From NCBI RefSeq assembly GCF_001194135.2, contig NC_068983.1, positions 11,784,798 through 11,848,797 of the forward strand: 64,000 nt of DNA, read 5' to 3'. The translations under genes were made by a program, and so were the position numbers. Source of the DNA: Octopus bimaculoides. Its lineage: Eukaryota. Under the pieces are notes generated by a model. The model did not search any database. It worked only from the letters and a program-made list of their open reading frames with translations, and was not told the origin of the DNA. Shown piece by piece: positions 24,784-37,830 of this stretch (its first letter is position 1; each line of letters opens with the position of its first letter).

Positions 24784-25004
24784 TTTATTTTTGACTTGTT
24801 TCAGTCATTAGACTGCAGCCATGCTGGAGCACCACCTTAAAGAATTTTTAGTTGTACGAATTGACCCCAGTACTTATTCTACTGGTTTCTTTTGCTGAAC
24901 CACTAAGTTAAAAAGGCATAAAAACACCATCACTGGTTGTCAGACAATGGTTAGGGGACAAACACACACACACACACACACATGATGGTTTTCTTTCAGT
25001 TTCT

Positions 25005-25232
25005 TCTTTCTTTACTGCCCACAGTAAACATAGAGAGGATAAACAAAGACAGACATAGGGATTAAGTCGATTACATCGACCCCAGTGTGTAACTGGTACT
25101 AAATTTATCGACCCCGAAAGGATGAGAGGCAAAGTCGACCTCGGCGGAATTTGAACTCAGAACGTAACAGCAGACGAAATACCGCTAAGCATTTCGCCCA
25201 GCATGCTAGCGTTTCTGCCAGCTCACCGCCTT
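25005..25232 (-). mobile_element. SINE family N, full length, adjoining a family A fragment (24790-25003)
   Basis: Same head and core as 16016-16252. Another full copy is at 28583-28817. Confidence 0.8.
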
Positions 25233-25510
25233 CTGTTTAAACTATTCTACCAGCTCCACCTCCTTTGAAATTATAATAATAATAATCATCCTTTCTACTA
25301 AAGGCACAAGGTCTGAAATTTGGGGTAGGGGCAAGGACTAGTCAATTACACTGAACCCAGTGTTTCACTGGTGCTTAATTTATCAACCCTGAAAGGATGG
25401 AAAGCAAAGTTGACTTGCACAGAATTTGAACTCAGAACATACAGATGGCCAAAATGCCGCAAAGCATTTTTACCAGCTTGCTAATGATTCTGGCAACTTG
25501 CTGCCTTTAT

Positions 25511-25544
<34 letters not shown>

Positions 25545-26328
25545 GCAACTTCTAACGCAGGTACAAGACCTGACATTGTGGGTGGTGGTTATTTGATTAA
25601 ATCAACCCTGGTACTTTATTTAATCATGGAAGGATGAATGACAGAGTTTACAATGTAATTGAATTCATCATCATCATCATTTAACATCCGTTTTTTCCAT
25701 GCTTGCATGAGTCAGATGGAATTTATTGAGGCAGGTTTTTCTAGAGCCAGATGCCCTTCCTGTTGCTAACCCTTACCTGTTTCCAAGAAAGGGAACATTT
25801 CTTCATGGCTGGACATGGTTTGTATTAGAAGACTGGACATGAACAACATTGCTTGTCTGACAGTCATCCTTGTTTACAACCATCACATGATATCAAGACA
25901 AAGATACACACACATAGACATGCACACACTTACACACACACACATGCACGTGCACACATATACACGTGCACATATACACATGCACACACACAGGTGCACA
26001 CACGACAGGCTTCTTACAGTTTCCATCTATCAAATCTCACAAGGCTTTGGTCGGCCGAGGCAATAATAGAAGACGCTTGCCTAAAGTGCTGCGCAGTGGG
26101 ACTGAACCTGAGACTATATGGTCAGGAAGCAAGTTCCGTATTACACAGCCAGGCATGCATCTATTCTGTTTAAGATATTTTAATATATTAATATATATTT
26201 AAATTTAAAATCTTTCTACTTTCATTGAGACGTTTACCGCAGGCCTATTATATAAATATACCCTACGACCGCGTGCGTGTCTAGGTGTGTGCGTATATGT
26301 ATTTATGTATGCATGCATACATCTCTCT

Positions 26329-26362
<34 letters not shown>

Positions 26363-26680
26363 NNNNNNNNNNNNNNNNNNNNNNNNNNNNNNNNNNNNNN
26401 NNNNNNNNNNNNNNNNNNNNNNNNNNNNNNNNNNNNNNNNNNNNNNNNNNNNNNNNNNNNNNNNNNNNNNNNNNNNNNNNNNNNNNNNNNNNNNNNNNNN
26501 NNNNNNNNNNNNNNNNNNNNNNNNNNNNNNNNNNNNNNNNNNNNNNNNNNNNNNNNNNNNNNNNNNNNNNNNNNNNNNNNNNNNNNNNNNNNNNNNNNNN
26601 NNNNNNNNNNNNNNNNNNNNNNNNNNNNNNNNNNNNNNNNNNNNNNNNNNNNNNNNNNNNNNNNNNNNNNNNNNNNNNNN

Positions 26681-26745
<65 letters not shown>

Positions 26746-27749
26746 TGTAGGTTTGGCGATGCAAACCTATATGTGTGTGTGTGAGTGACAGAGATAATAT
26801 ATAATCGATAATAAATGATAGTAAAGAAAGGTAAGAGGAAAACAGAAGAATTGATAAGGGAAATCAACAAAATAACATTGACAGACAACAGAGATGAAAA
26901 GAACGATATAGCAAGTGCGTGTGTGTTCTTTGATTGTTAAAGATTAATGCGTGTGTGCACAGGATTAAACAAAATTGGAGAGTTCGAAATATTCAGAGAA
27001 TTGATAAGGGAAGGGAGTGAACTCTCGTTAGTAAGCTTGTCAATCGATTTATATTCAAATTAGCAGATCTACTTTTAAGTTACCGCTTACTGCCTTAAAA
27101 ATAAGAGGCTACGTTTTATAATGTAATCCTAAATATTAATAGATGTCTTATAGACGTTATGGACACTTTAAATAAGACCTAGCATGGGCTTAAAAAAATT
27201 TGTCAATCAGCCAGTCTTATGAAAGAGAGTCGAAGAAGGTCGTTTGAACAGCTAGAAACAGCGACCAAATCTATTTGTAATTGCATCCTAACGTCTTGAA
27301 AAGGGAAGGATACTTTTGATGACCCAGTTCTAGCGATATGTGGGTTAAGGTATAAAACAAAAAAACAAGGCTATGTCATACTTGGAACTACTTTGATTAT
27401 AGCGCTATTCGGGGAAAAGAAAAATTACCGAAGGTTAAACGACAAATTGTTTAGGAATAATTGGATAAGGTGACTTAAAGTGTCAAGAAAAAAAAAAGAA
27501 AAACAGTAGAGTGAAGAGTGAATTGGATGGAGCGCGCGTGGTTATTTCTTTAAACTGGTTTAGGTCATTGGACTGCGACCATGCTGGGGCACTGTGTGTG
27601 TGTGCTGTTAAATTTCTTAACAAATAACCTTAAGTACTGTATCTGTTTGCCAGTTCGAAAATATTTCTGTGATATTAATAAGATTTAATTTATTAATAAT
27701 TTAGTAATAAGATTTAATTTATTTCTTAAGTTAACAAGTAAATTTTATA

Positions 27750-28135
27750 GGTGCAGGATTGGCTGCGTGGTAAGTAGCTTGCTTACCAACCACATGGTTC
27801 CAGGTTCAGTCCCACTGCATGGCATCTTAGGCAAGTTCTTCTAGCCTCAGGTCAACCAAAGCCATGTGAGTGGATTTGGTAGACGGAAACTGAAAGAAGA
27901 CCGTCGTATATATATATATAAATATAAATATATATATGTTTGTGTGTCTGTGTTTGTTCCCCCAACATCGCTTGACAACCGATGCTGGTGTGTTTATGTC
28001 TCCGTCACTTAGTGGTTCGGCATAAGAGGCTGATAGAATAAGTACTAGGTCAATTTGCTCGACTGGGGTCAATTTGCGTGACTAAAGGCGGTGCTCCAAC
28101 ATGGCTGCAGTCAAATGACTGAAACAGATAAAACA
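27750..28135 (+). mobile_element. SINE family A, full length
   Basis: Same consensus as 7791-8224. Confidence 0.85.
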
Positions 28136-29294
28136 ATAAAAAAAGAAAAAAAGAAAGAATATGGCCAGTTTAAATGCTTAAAGAGTTTAATGCATCAAAT
28201 GGCATTCTTTTGTTCCAAGAAATAAATCTTTCAAAAATGATGGTGTCTATTTACTTTTGAGATGTCTCTGAATATTATTTTTTTATTCTTTTACTTGTTT
28301 CAGTCATTACTTATTCTATCGGTTCCATTTGCTGAACCACTAAGTTACCGGGATGTAAATACATCAACACTGGTTGTCAAACGGTGAAGGGGGGGGGGAT
28401 ACAAACACAGACACAAAGACACACGCACATAGATACACACACACACACACACACACACAAAGGATGGGCTTCTTTCACTTCTAAGGTTTTGGTCAGCTTA
28501 GAGATATTGTAGTAAAAGACATTTGCCCAAGGAGCCATGCAATGAGACTGAACCTGGAACCATGTGGTTGGAAAGCAAGCTTCTTATTTCTTTACTGCCT
28601 ACAAGGGGCTAAACATAGAGGGGACAAACAAGGACAGACAAAGGGATTAAGTTGATTACATCGACCCCAGTGCTTAACTGGTACTTAATTTATCGAGTCC
28701 GAAAAGATGAAAGGCAAAGTCGACCTCGGAGGAATTTGAACTCAGAACATAATGGCAGACGATATACTGCTAAGCATTTCACCTGGAGTGCTAATGATTC
28801 TGCCATCTCGCCGCCTTCTTACCACACAACCATTGTGGAATTGCGTTAAGACATTGGTGGCCTTGGGTCTCATTACTCCAAGTCAATACATAAATCCAAC
28901 TAAACAAATTAATGGCTTTATACAGTCTTTTATCTATAATATATTTATCTATTGATTATTTTCTGTGTAAATAAATGTTTAGAGTTTGAAGTCTCTTGAA
29001 CTTTGCCCTCATATTGAACTAAAAATGAACTTGTAGCCACCAATAATTTTGTATTGTAAATGGTATATCAACGTAGTCGTCTTCTCTTATAGAAATTTCT
29101 CTAGTTTCTCCTTAGGGAATATTTTATTTCAAAGCTCTGTCACTTTCAATATCAATCGGTCAAACTTTTAACATTTTACTTTGAATGAATTTCCTGCAAA
29201 GCGTTCCTTGTATATCAAGTGTCAAATTTCAGTTGGATTAGATTTCCAGAATGTTCTGATTCATTTTGCCAGACTGGGGTTACATAAATTCATG

Positions 29295-29642
29295 AAAACA
29301 CACACACACACACACATTCACACGCACAAACACACACACACATTCACACACACACACACATTCACACACATTCACATGCACACACACATTCACATGCACA
29401 CGCACACACATGCATGTGTGCATGGACACACATTCACATGCATACACACACACACATACATTCACATGCACACACTCACACACACATTCACACACATTCA
29501 CACACATTCACATGCACACACACACACATTCTCATACACATGCACACATACTCACAAGCACATATATGCACACATGCAGACACACACACTCAAACCTACT
29601 GACATGCACACATAAATGCATGTACACTTACACACACACACA
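29295..29642. repeat. Degenerate CA-rich compound satellite (CACACATTCACATG...)
   Basis: Read directly. Its re-occurrence at 29777-30021 next to N gaps is probably an assembly overlap. Confidence 0.85.
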
Positions 29643-30714
29643 CAGTTTGAGGATTAATCAATACTCTTATTAATATGTCTGTCAAATGGTAAATGGTGAG
29701 AGAAATTAATATCTTTTCTGCTCAAAAGTACCAGTTATTGTCATTTCCTTTATTTCTTTCTTTCTTNNNNNNNNNNACACACATTCACACACACACACAC
29801 ATTCACACACATTCACATGCACACACACATTCACATGCACACGCACACACATGCATGTGTGCATGGACACACATTCACATGCATACACACACACACATAC
29901 ATTCACATGCACACACTCACACACACATTCACACACATTCACACACATTCACATGCACACACACACACATTCTCATACACATGCACACATACTCACAAGC
30001 ACATATATGCACACATGCAGANNNNNNNNNNNNNNNNNNNNNNNNNNNNNNNNNNNNNNNNNNNNNNNNNNNNNNNNNNNNNNNNNNNNNNNNNNNNNNN
30101 NNNNNNNNNNNNNNNNNNNNNNNNNNNNNNNNNNNNNNNNNNNNNNNNNNNNNNNNNNNNNNNNNNNNNNNNNNNNNNNNNNNNNNNNNNNNNNNNNNNN
30201 NNNNNNNNNNNNNNNNNNNNNNNNNNNNNNNNNNNNNNNNNNNNNNNNNNNNNNNNNNNNNNNNNNNNNNNNNNNNNNNNNNNNNNNNNNNNNNNNNNNN
30301 NNNNNNNNNNNNNNNNNNNNNNNNNNNNNNNNNNNNNNNNNNNNNNNNNNNNNNNNNNNNNNNNNNNNNNNNNNNNNNNNNNNNNNNNNNNNNNNNNNNN
30401 NNNNNNNNNNNNNNNNNNNNNNNNNNNNNNNNNNNNNNNNNNNNNNNNNNNNNNNNNNNNNNNNNNNNNNNNNNNNNNNNNNNCCTCCCCTCCCCTCCTC
30501 CTCCTTTTAAACTGTCATCTTTTTCATTCAGCATCTCTTAGCTCTCCTTCCTTCTTTTTTCCTTCCTTCCTTCCTTCCTTCCTTCCTTTGCTCATTCATT
30601 TTTCGTTGTTCATTCATTCATTCCTTCCTTCCTTCCATCCTTCCATTCCTCCATCTTCCCTTCACTCATTCCTTCTTTCCTTCATTCATTAAACTCAAGC
30701 ATGACTATATGAAT

Positions 30715-30750
<36 letters not shown>

Positions 30751-30824
30751 ATGGACACATGAATACATGAACACACATGCACATAGACACACATATGCAC
30801 ATACATAGATGTTTATATATATAC

Positions 30825-31556
30825 TCTTTACTCTCTTTTACTTGTTTCAGTAATTTGACTGCGACCATGCTGGAGCACCGCCTTTAGTCGAGCAAATTGA
30901 CCCCAGGACTTATTCTTTGTAAGCCTAGTACTTATTCTATTGGTTTCTTTTGCTGAACCACTAAGTTACGGGGACGTAAACACACCAGCATCTGTTGTCA
31001 AGCAATGCTAGGGGGACAAACACAGACACACAAACATACATACACACATATACATACATATATATGATAGGCTTCTTTCAGTTTCCATCTACCAAATTCA
31101 CTCACAAGGCTTTGGTCAGCCTGAGGCTATAGTAGAAGACTCTAGTCCAAGATGCCACGCAGTGAAACTGAACCCAGAACCATGTGGTTGGTAAGCAAGC
31201 TACTTACCACACTGCCACTTCTATGCCTATACATATATACGACGGGCTTCTTTCAGTTTCCGTCTACCAAATCCACTTACAAGGCTTTGGTCAGTCCAAA
31301 GCTATAGTAGAAGACACTTGCCCAAGATGCCATGCAGTGGGACTGAACCCGGAACCATGTGGTTGGTAAGCAGGCTACTTATCACATAGCTACTTCTGTG
31401 CCTATACATATATATGACAGGCTTCTTTCAGTTTCTGTCTGCCAAATCCACTCACAAGGCTTTGGTCAGCCCGAGGCTATAGTAGAAGACACTTGCAGTG
31501 GGAATGAACCCAGAACCATGTGGTTGGTAAGCAAGCTACTTACCACATAGCCACTC
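30825..31556 (-). mobile_element. SINE family A with three tandem 5' (head plus body) modules
   Basis: The segment GGGCTTCTTTCAGTTTCC...AAGCTACTTACCACAC occurs three times (about 31075-31225, 31243-31402, 31420-31556), and only one tail is present (30825-31030). Confidence 0.8.
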
Positions 31557-31769
31557 ATATAAATTTTATATGGTTTTGATGTTTGTTTTTCTTTTATTGA
31601 TCTGTTGTTGTTTATTCCTAGGTTAGTCCTAAACAAGCAGACCCATGATTCATCCCATCTTGATTCATCCCATCTTTATTCTGAGACCTGCATGTATTGA
31701 AAAAAATTTTCAAGTCAAAATCTATCCTGAGTCTAGAGCTATTTTCCACAATTTCCATGTCATCTAAGT

Positions 31770-32109
31770 CAGGAGTTTCCAAAATGTGGTCCACAGACCA
31801 CAGGGGGTCCAGAAGGACATGACAGGGGGTCCGCAAGGACATGACAGGGGGTCCGCAAAGACATGACAGGGGGTCCGTGGACAGCAAATACTTTTTGTGG
31901 GTAATTTGATTTTATATATGTTTTTTAATCGAAATCTTTTAATTGACAATAAACCTATTTGTTAAATACTGTTAAATAAATAAATGTAAAAATATATGTT
32001 ATTTAAGCAAATATCTATGTATAAATTTCATAAGCATTTATAAGGGGGTCCCTAAGGTAAAGCCTGAAATATAAAGGGGTCCGCAAGTCAAAAAGTTTGA
32101 AAACCCCTG
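31770..32109. mobile_element. hAT-type MITE with a short internal tandem repeat
   Basis: TIRs CAGGAGTTTCCAAA / TTTGAAAACCCCTG with a perfect 8-bp TSD ATCTAAGT (31762-31769 and 32110-32117). Three copies of GACATGACAGGGGGTCCG at a spacing of about 21-22 bp. Confidence 0.9.
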
Positions 32110-32679
32110 ATCTAAGTGACTGAAAGTGCAAGATTCTTCTATCATTGGGATTCCAGACAGTTGTCGAGTTAAACTGTCACCAATAACTCTTTTCAGTTGA
32201 GCAGACTGAAACAGTGTGAAACAAGTGCCTTGCTCAAGAATATAAGATGGTGCCTGATCTAAGAATGACCTCACAATTGTAAGTTGAACACTTAAACCAC
32301 AGTGAATGTATCTTCATACAGCATACTTATCACTACATGTTCTGTGTATTCCCATTTGTCAAGAAAGTAGGCTGTGACTTAAGGGAGATTTTGTTGCTAT
32401 TTTTGGTAGGTTTAACAATCGCTTACATAAATTTCTTCTTATTTGTGGCTTGAAATACAACAGGAGTTTTTTGAAGAATTGGTCATTGTGCTCTGTTATT
32501 GGTATCAACCTCTTTCCATGTCTTTAATCTAGCTTCTGAAAATTTACCAATTTTTTTCTCAAATTCTTTTGGGGTAATATTGTATTTTCAAAGAATTTCA
32601 AGAATAGCCAAATTGATTATAAAAATGTTCATTTGTTTATTTTGTAGAAGAGCCATTTTTCATTACTGTATTTATTTTG

Positions 32680-32880
32680 AGATGCTCTGTGTTTCTTTCA
32701 ATTAATTTCAAATATAACAAAGAATTTAGTAATATAACATAGTTATCATTAAGCTTGTGTTAGAAACATAAATTATGACTAATGTTTGGCGGAAGATTTT
32801 AATTCAAAATTTATGAAAACAAGACATTTGTACTACAGAGCCAGAAACGGTTTCAGTCGGGTTGGTATCGAAAGGGTTAA
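32680..32880 (-). mobile_element. One end of a TTAA-targeting (piggyBac-like) non-autonomous element
   Basis: Terminus TTAA|CCCTTTCGATACCAACCCGACTGAAACC on the minus strand. The matching other end was not found. Confidence 0.4.
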
Positions 32881-33065
32881 CCACAAAAGAACACTTATCA
32901 AACAAACACTACATTAAAATACATTTATTTCTGAATCTACACCCACAATACCCTGAGCTATTGAAGAGAACCTTTATATCAAGAGTGGGGAAATCCCTGC
33001 CTGTGCTCATGGGCACCTTTTATTGTACTCGCAGGCTGATTGATATACTCATATGTGCAAGATAT

Positions 33066-33456
33066 ACTCTTTTACTCTTTTACTTGTTTCAGTCATTTGA
33101 CTGTGGCCATGCTGGAGCACCGCCTTTAGTCGAGCAAATCGACCCCCAGCACTTATTCTTTGTAAGCCTAGTACTTACTCTATCGGTCTATTTTGCCGAA
33201 CTGCTAAGTTATGGGGACGTAAACACACCAGCATCAGTTGTCAAGCAATGTTGGGTGGACAAACACAGACACACAAACATATACACACACATACATGTAT
33301 ATATACATATATACGACGGGCTTCCGTTTCCGTTTACCAAATTCACTCACAAGGCTTTGGTTGGCCCGAGGCTATAGTAGAAGACACGCAATGGGACTGA
33401 ACCCAGAACCATGCGGTTGGTAAGCAAGCTACTTACAACACAGCCACTCCTGCGCC
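33066..33456 (-). mobile_element. SINE family A, full length
   Basis: Reverse complement of the consensus. Other copies at 34290-34720, 39652-40100 and 62744-63285 (plus strand). Confidence 0.85.
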
Positions 33457-33989
33457 TATGTACAAGATTTACACAGATATAAGTGCTAAAACTTGTGATC
33501 CACCCACGGACCTTTCCCTTTGGAAATTTTTGCCTGCCGCACTAAAAGGTTTCCCCCGCCCCTGCTCTATATGGACAGTAAAAACTCTCACAAAACAATC
33601 CTTACATAAAAAAAAAAACAACAAAGAAAGAAAACAAAAACAAAAACAAAGCGAACAGAAAAGACATATTGGATAATATAATCTTAGTTACACGATGATG
33701 AGAGTTAAACTGGGATGGTTATGCTTTCAGTGTATTTAATCAAACGTCTGCTCAATCAGAACTGACTTGAAGGCTAAACAGTAACAATATGATGATGTTT
33801 GTTCTTTTTTTTTTTTTTTTTTTTTNNNNNNNNNNNNNNNNNNNNNNNNNNNNNNNNNNNNNNNNNNNNNNNNNNNNNNNNNNNNNNNNNNNNNNNNNNN
33901 NNNNNNNNNNNNNNNNTTGTAGAATTTAACGTTAGCGTCTTATGAAGCTAAATTTATAAGTTCTAAAATTCCAGAAGAATTCGTTGCTG

Positions 33990-34061
33990 GGCAGTTTAGT
34001 TTAATGGTAAAACACTTGACGCGTAATCACAGAGATGTGAGTTCGAGTCTCATGGCTGGCC
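33990..34061 (+). pseudogene. tRNA-like cloverleaf, Thr(CGT)-like, probably non-functional
   Basis: D arm GTTT-AATGGTA-AAAC, T arm GTGAG-TTCGAGT-CTCAT, loop CG-CGT-AA (G at position 33), anticodon stem CTTGA/TCA(C)AG with a bulge, imperfect acceptor stem, and T5 at 34071-34075. Confidence 0.55.
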
Positions 34062-34729
34062 GGTAACGTATTTTTCTGCATAATATGGATAATTTATCCT
34101 GATCACGCTATTTATAGCATTATCACGCGTTTGAGAAATAAATTTATTTCTGTTCATACAATATGATGATGATTTCTGAATTCCATGAACTCATCTGTTT
34201 AGATGTTAAAATCTGAGAAAATCTTCTGTATTGCTAATTTCTTCTGCCTTTTAATTTCATTCTGGTGCGGAATTTGAAATCCATATTATTACTGCAGAGG
34301 TGTAGTTGTGGGTGCATGTTTAAGAAGTTTGTTTCCCCAACATATGGTTTCAGGTTCAATCACACTGTGTGGAACTTTGGACAAGTGTCTTCTATCACAG
34401 CCCTGGGTTGACCAAAGCTTTTGGAGTGGATTGGTAGATGGAAACTGAGAGAAGCCCATCATGTATATATATGTGTGTGTGTATGTGTATGTGCGTGTGT
34501 GTGTGTGTTTTTGTCTTTGTGTCTGTATTTGTCCCCCACCATTGCTTGACAACCGATGTTGGTCTGTTTTCATCCCTGTAACTTAGCGGTTTGGCAAAAG
34601 AGACCGATAGAATAAGTACTTGGCTTACAAAGAATAAGTCCCAGGGTTGATTTCTTTGACTAAAACCATTTAAGGTGATACTACATCATGGCCACAGTCA
34701 AATAACTGAAACAAGTAAAAAAAAATATA

Positions 34730-35640
34730 CATCATCATCATCATCATCATCATTTTATGTCTGTTGTGCATGCTGGCATGGGTTGGACAGTTTGACCAGG
34801 GCTAGCAAGCTGGAAGTACACATCAGACTCCAGTCTCATTTGACAAGATTTCTATGGCTGGATGGCCTTCCTAATGCCAACCACTCTGAGAGTGTAATGG
34901 ATGTTTTTACGTGCCACCAGCATGGGTGCCATTTGTGTGACACTAGTATCTGCTAAAACTGCGACTTACTTGGCTTGATGGGTCTTCTTCTCAAGCACAA
35001 CATAATGCCAAATGTTTTGGTCATTTGTCATTGCTTCTGTGAGGCCCAACACTCAAAAGGAGCTTTTCACACACCATCGGCATCAACCACTTTGCCTCTG
35101 TGAGGTCCAATGCTTCAAAGGTGCTTTTTATGTACCACCAGCATTGGGTGCCAGTTATGGGACACCAGCATCAACCATGACTATGATTTCATTTGGTTTG
35201 ATGGGTCTTTTCAAGCACAGAATATCGTCAAAGGTCTCAGTCAGTAGTCATTGTGTCTGTGAGTGAGTTTCAAAGTTTGAAAGTCATGCTTCACCATCTT
35301 GTCCCATGTCTTCCTGGATCTACTTCTGCCACAGGTTCTCTCGCCACACTTAGAGTTCGGCACTTCTTTCTGCAGCTGTCCTTGTCCTAACACATCACAT
35401 GACCATATCAGCGCAGTCATCTGATGTCTCTTATGCTCAGCTTTTCTCTCAAGATGCTTACACTCTGTTGAACATGCACACTGACGTTGCACATTCAGCG
35501 AAGTATACTGGCTTCCTTTCTTTCAAGCCTCCACATGTCCTCTGCAGTAACAGCCCATATTTCACTGCTGTATAGCATAGCAGATCACACACAGACATCA
35601 TACAATCTGCCTTTCACTCTGAGGGAGAGGCCCTTATATG
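34730..35640 (-). mobile_element. RTE-clade LINE 3' fragment with a duplicated ORF-end module
   Basis: The minus strand encodes GERTCGRSRSRKTWDKMVKHDFQTL and a second LGLTEAMTNDQNIWHYVVLEKKTHQAK*, typical of the RTE ORF C-terminus (GRGRP.KTW...V..D). An RTE tail with (GAT)n follows. Confidence 0.75.
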
Positions 35641-36618
35641 CAGTGCTATATATTAATATATAGATATCTACATATTTATACTTGAATATTCAGAATCTAA
35701 AAATCTTAAGTCTTTGTTTTGTTTTTTGTTTACATGTATATATATGTTGCTGTTGTTTGTTCCTTCTCGAACCATGCCTAGTTCATAAGGGCCGGTTTCC
35801 CGGTTTCATTGGTGTATAGGTTCCCCACCTGGATGGGACTCCGGTATATATATGTATATATATGTATACATATCATTGTCATCATCATCATCGTTTAACG
35901 TCCGCTTTCCATGCTAGCATTGGTTGGACGATTTGACTGAAGACTGGCGAACCAGATGGCTGCACCAGGCTCCAATCTGATCTGGCAGAGTTTCCACAAC
36001 TGGATGCCCTTCCTAACGCTAACCACTCTGAGATTGTAGTGGGTGCCTTTACGTGCCACCGGCATGAGAGTCAGTCATGTGGTACTGGCAACGGCCACGC
36101 TCAAAATGGTGTTTTTTATGTGACACCTGCACAGGAGCCAGTCCAGCAGCACTGGAAACGACCTCGCTCGAATGATTTTCTAACATGTCACTGGTACAAG
36201 TGCCAGTAAGGTGACGCTAGTAACGATCATGCTCAAATGGTGCTATTTACATGCCACTAGCACGGAAGCCAGACAGCTGCTCTGGTAATGATCACGCTTG
36301 GACAGTGCTGTTAGTGCTCCACTGACACAGGTGCCAGTCATCGAATATGGTTCCATTATGATTTTGATTTCACTTGCCCTAACAGGTCTTCGCAAGCAGA
36401 GTTTAGTGTCCAAAGAAGGAGAGGTTGGCATGGGTGCCAGTCGTCGAATTTGGTTTGATTTTGATTCAAAATTCAAAATTCACTTGCCTCAACAGGTCTT
36501 CGCAAGCAGTGTTTAGTGTCCAATGAAGTAAAGATACGAATAAGTGAGCTGGCTACACTTCTGGCATTAGTATATCAATCCCAAGCTGTTACATTCAATT
36601 TGTTTATTGGCATAATTG

Positions 36619-36657
<39 letters not shown>

Positions 36658-37156
36658 TTTATATATATATGTCGTATGTATGTGTGTTGTGTTTCTGTGT
36701 GTTTGTGCATGTGTGTGTGTGAGTATATGACTGTTTGTGTCTCCTTTTGATATCATATTTTACTTGTAAAATAAATGTCACTGTCATTGAAGCATCGTCA
36801 TTGATTTCCTATATTCTGTGAGAATGTGTTTAGCCATGGGGAAATATTACCTCAGTTGGAAACAGGTGAGGATTGGCAACAAGAAAATCTGCTCCAATAA
36901 ACTCTGTCTGACCCATGCAAGCATAGAAAAGTGGACGTTAAAATGATGATTCTAATTGTGTTTGAGACATATTTGGTCATAGCGAAATGCTTTGCAACAT
37001 TCTGAATTCAAGTTCCACTGGGGTCGACTTTGCCTTTTATCCTTTCGAGATTGATAAATTAAGTACCAGTTGAGTACAGGGGTTAATATAACTCTACTTA
37101 ACCCCTTCCACTAAATTTCAGATCTTGCACCTATAGCAGAAAGGATTATTATTATA

Positions 37157-37194
<38 letters not shown>

Positions 37195-37221
37195 GATTAT
37201 TATTATGATTATCATCATGAC

Positions 37222-37830
37222 CTTTGAACATTAGGCCTCACTGAGGCAATGACTTGTGACCGAGACCTTTGGAAATATGATGTGCGTGAGAAGACCCGGC
37301 AAGCCAAGTGAGACCATAATCCGAGGCCTCTGCCAGGGGTGTAGCCAGCCCACTTATGCGTACCTTACCTTTCCTTCATTGGATACTATACTCCGCTTGC
37401 GAAGACGTGTTCAAGCAAGTGAAATTGAAATCGAACCAAATTCGACGACTGGCACCCATGCCAATGTCTCCTTCATTGGACACTAAACTCGGCTTGCGAA
37501 GACCTGTTCGGGCAAGTGAAAGCAAAACCGCCCGAGCGTGATCGTTGCCAGAGCAGCTGTAAGGCTTCTGTGCCAGTGGCACGTAAATAGCACCATTTCA
37601 GTGTGATCGTTACCAGCGTCACCTTCCTGGCACTTGTGCCGGTGGCACGTGAAAAGACATTCGAGCGAAGTCATTGCCAGTGCCGTTGGACTGGCTCCTG
37701 TGCAGGTGGCACGTAAAATACACCGCCGTTGCCAGTACCTGACTGGCCTTTGTGCCAGTGGCACGTAAAAGCACCCACTACACTCTTGGAGTGGTTGGCG
37801 TTAGGAAGGGCATCCAGCTGTAGAAACTCC
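37222..37830 (+). mobile_element. RTE-clade LINE ORF end plus repeat-containing 3' UTR
   Basis: GLTEAMTCDRDLWKYDVREKTRQAK*, then a UTR with four GTGC.NNTGGCACGT.AAA units at 37570, 37636, 37700 and 37752. Starts after an (ATT)n tract. Confidence 0.8.

Noticed and set aside
29295-30021. Apparent duplication of the CA-rich satellite and long His/Thr-rich ORFs (282-291 aa)
   Set aside because: The ORFs come from microsatellite plus N runs, and the duplication flanks gaps, so it is probably an artefact.
37570-37775. CRISPR-like repeat/spacer appearance
   Set aside because: Eukaryotic context, no cas genes, and the spacers are homologous to each other. It is a tandemly duplicated LINE 3' UTR, reported as a finding under that interpretation.
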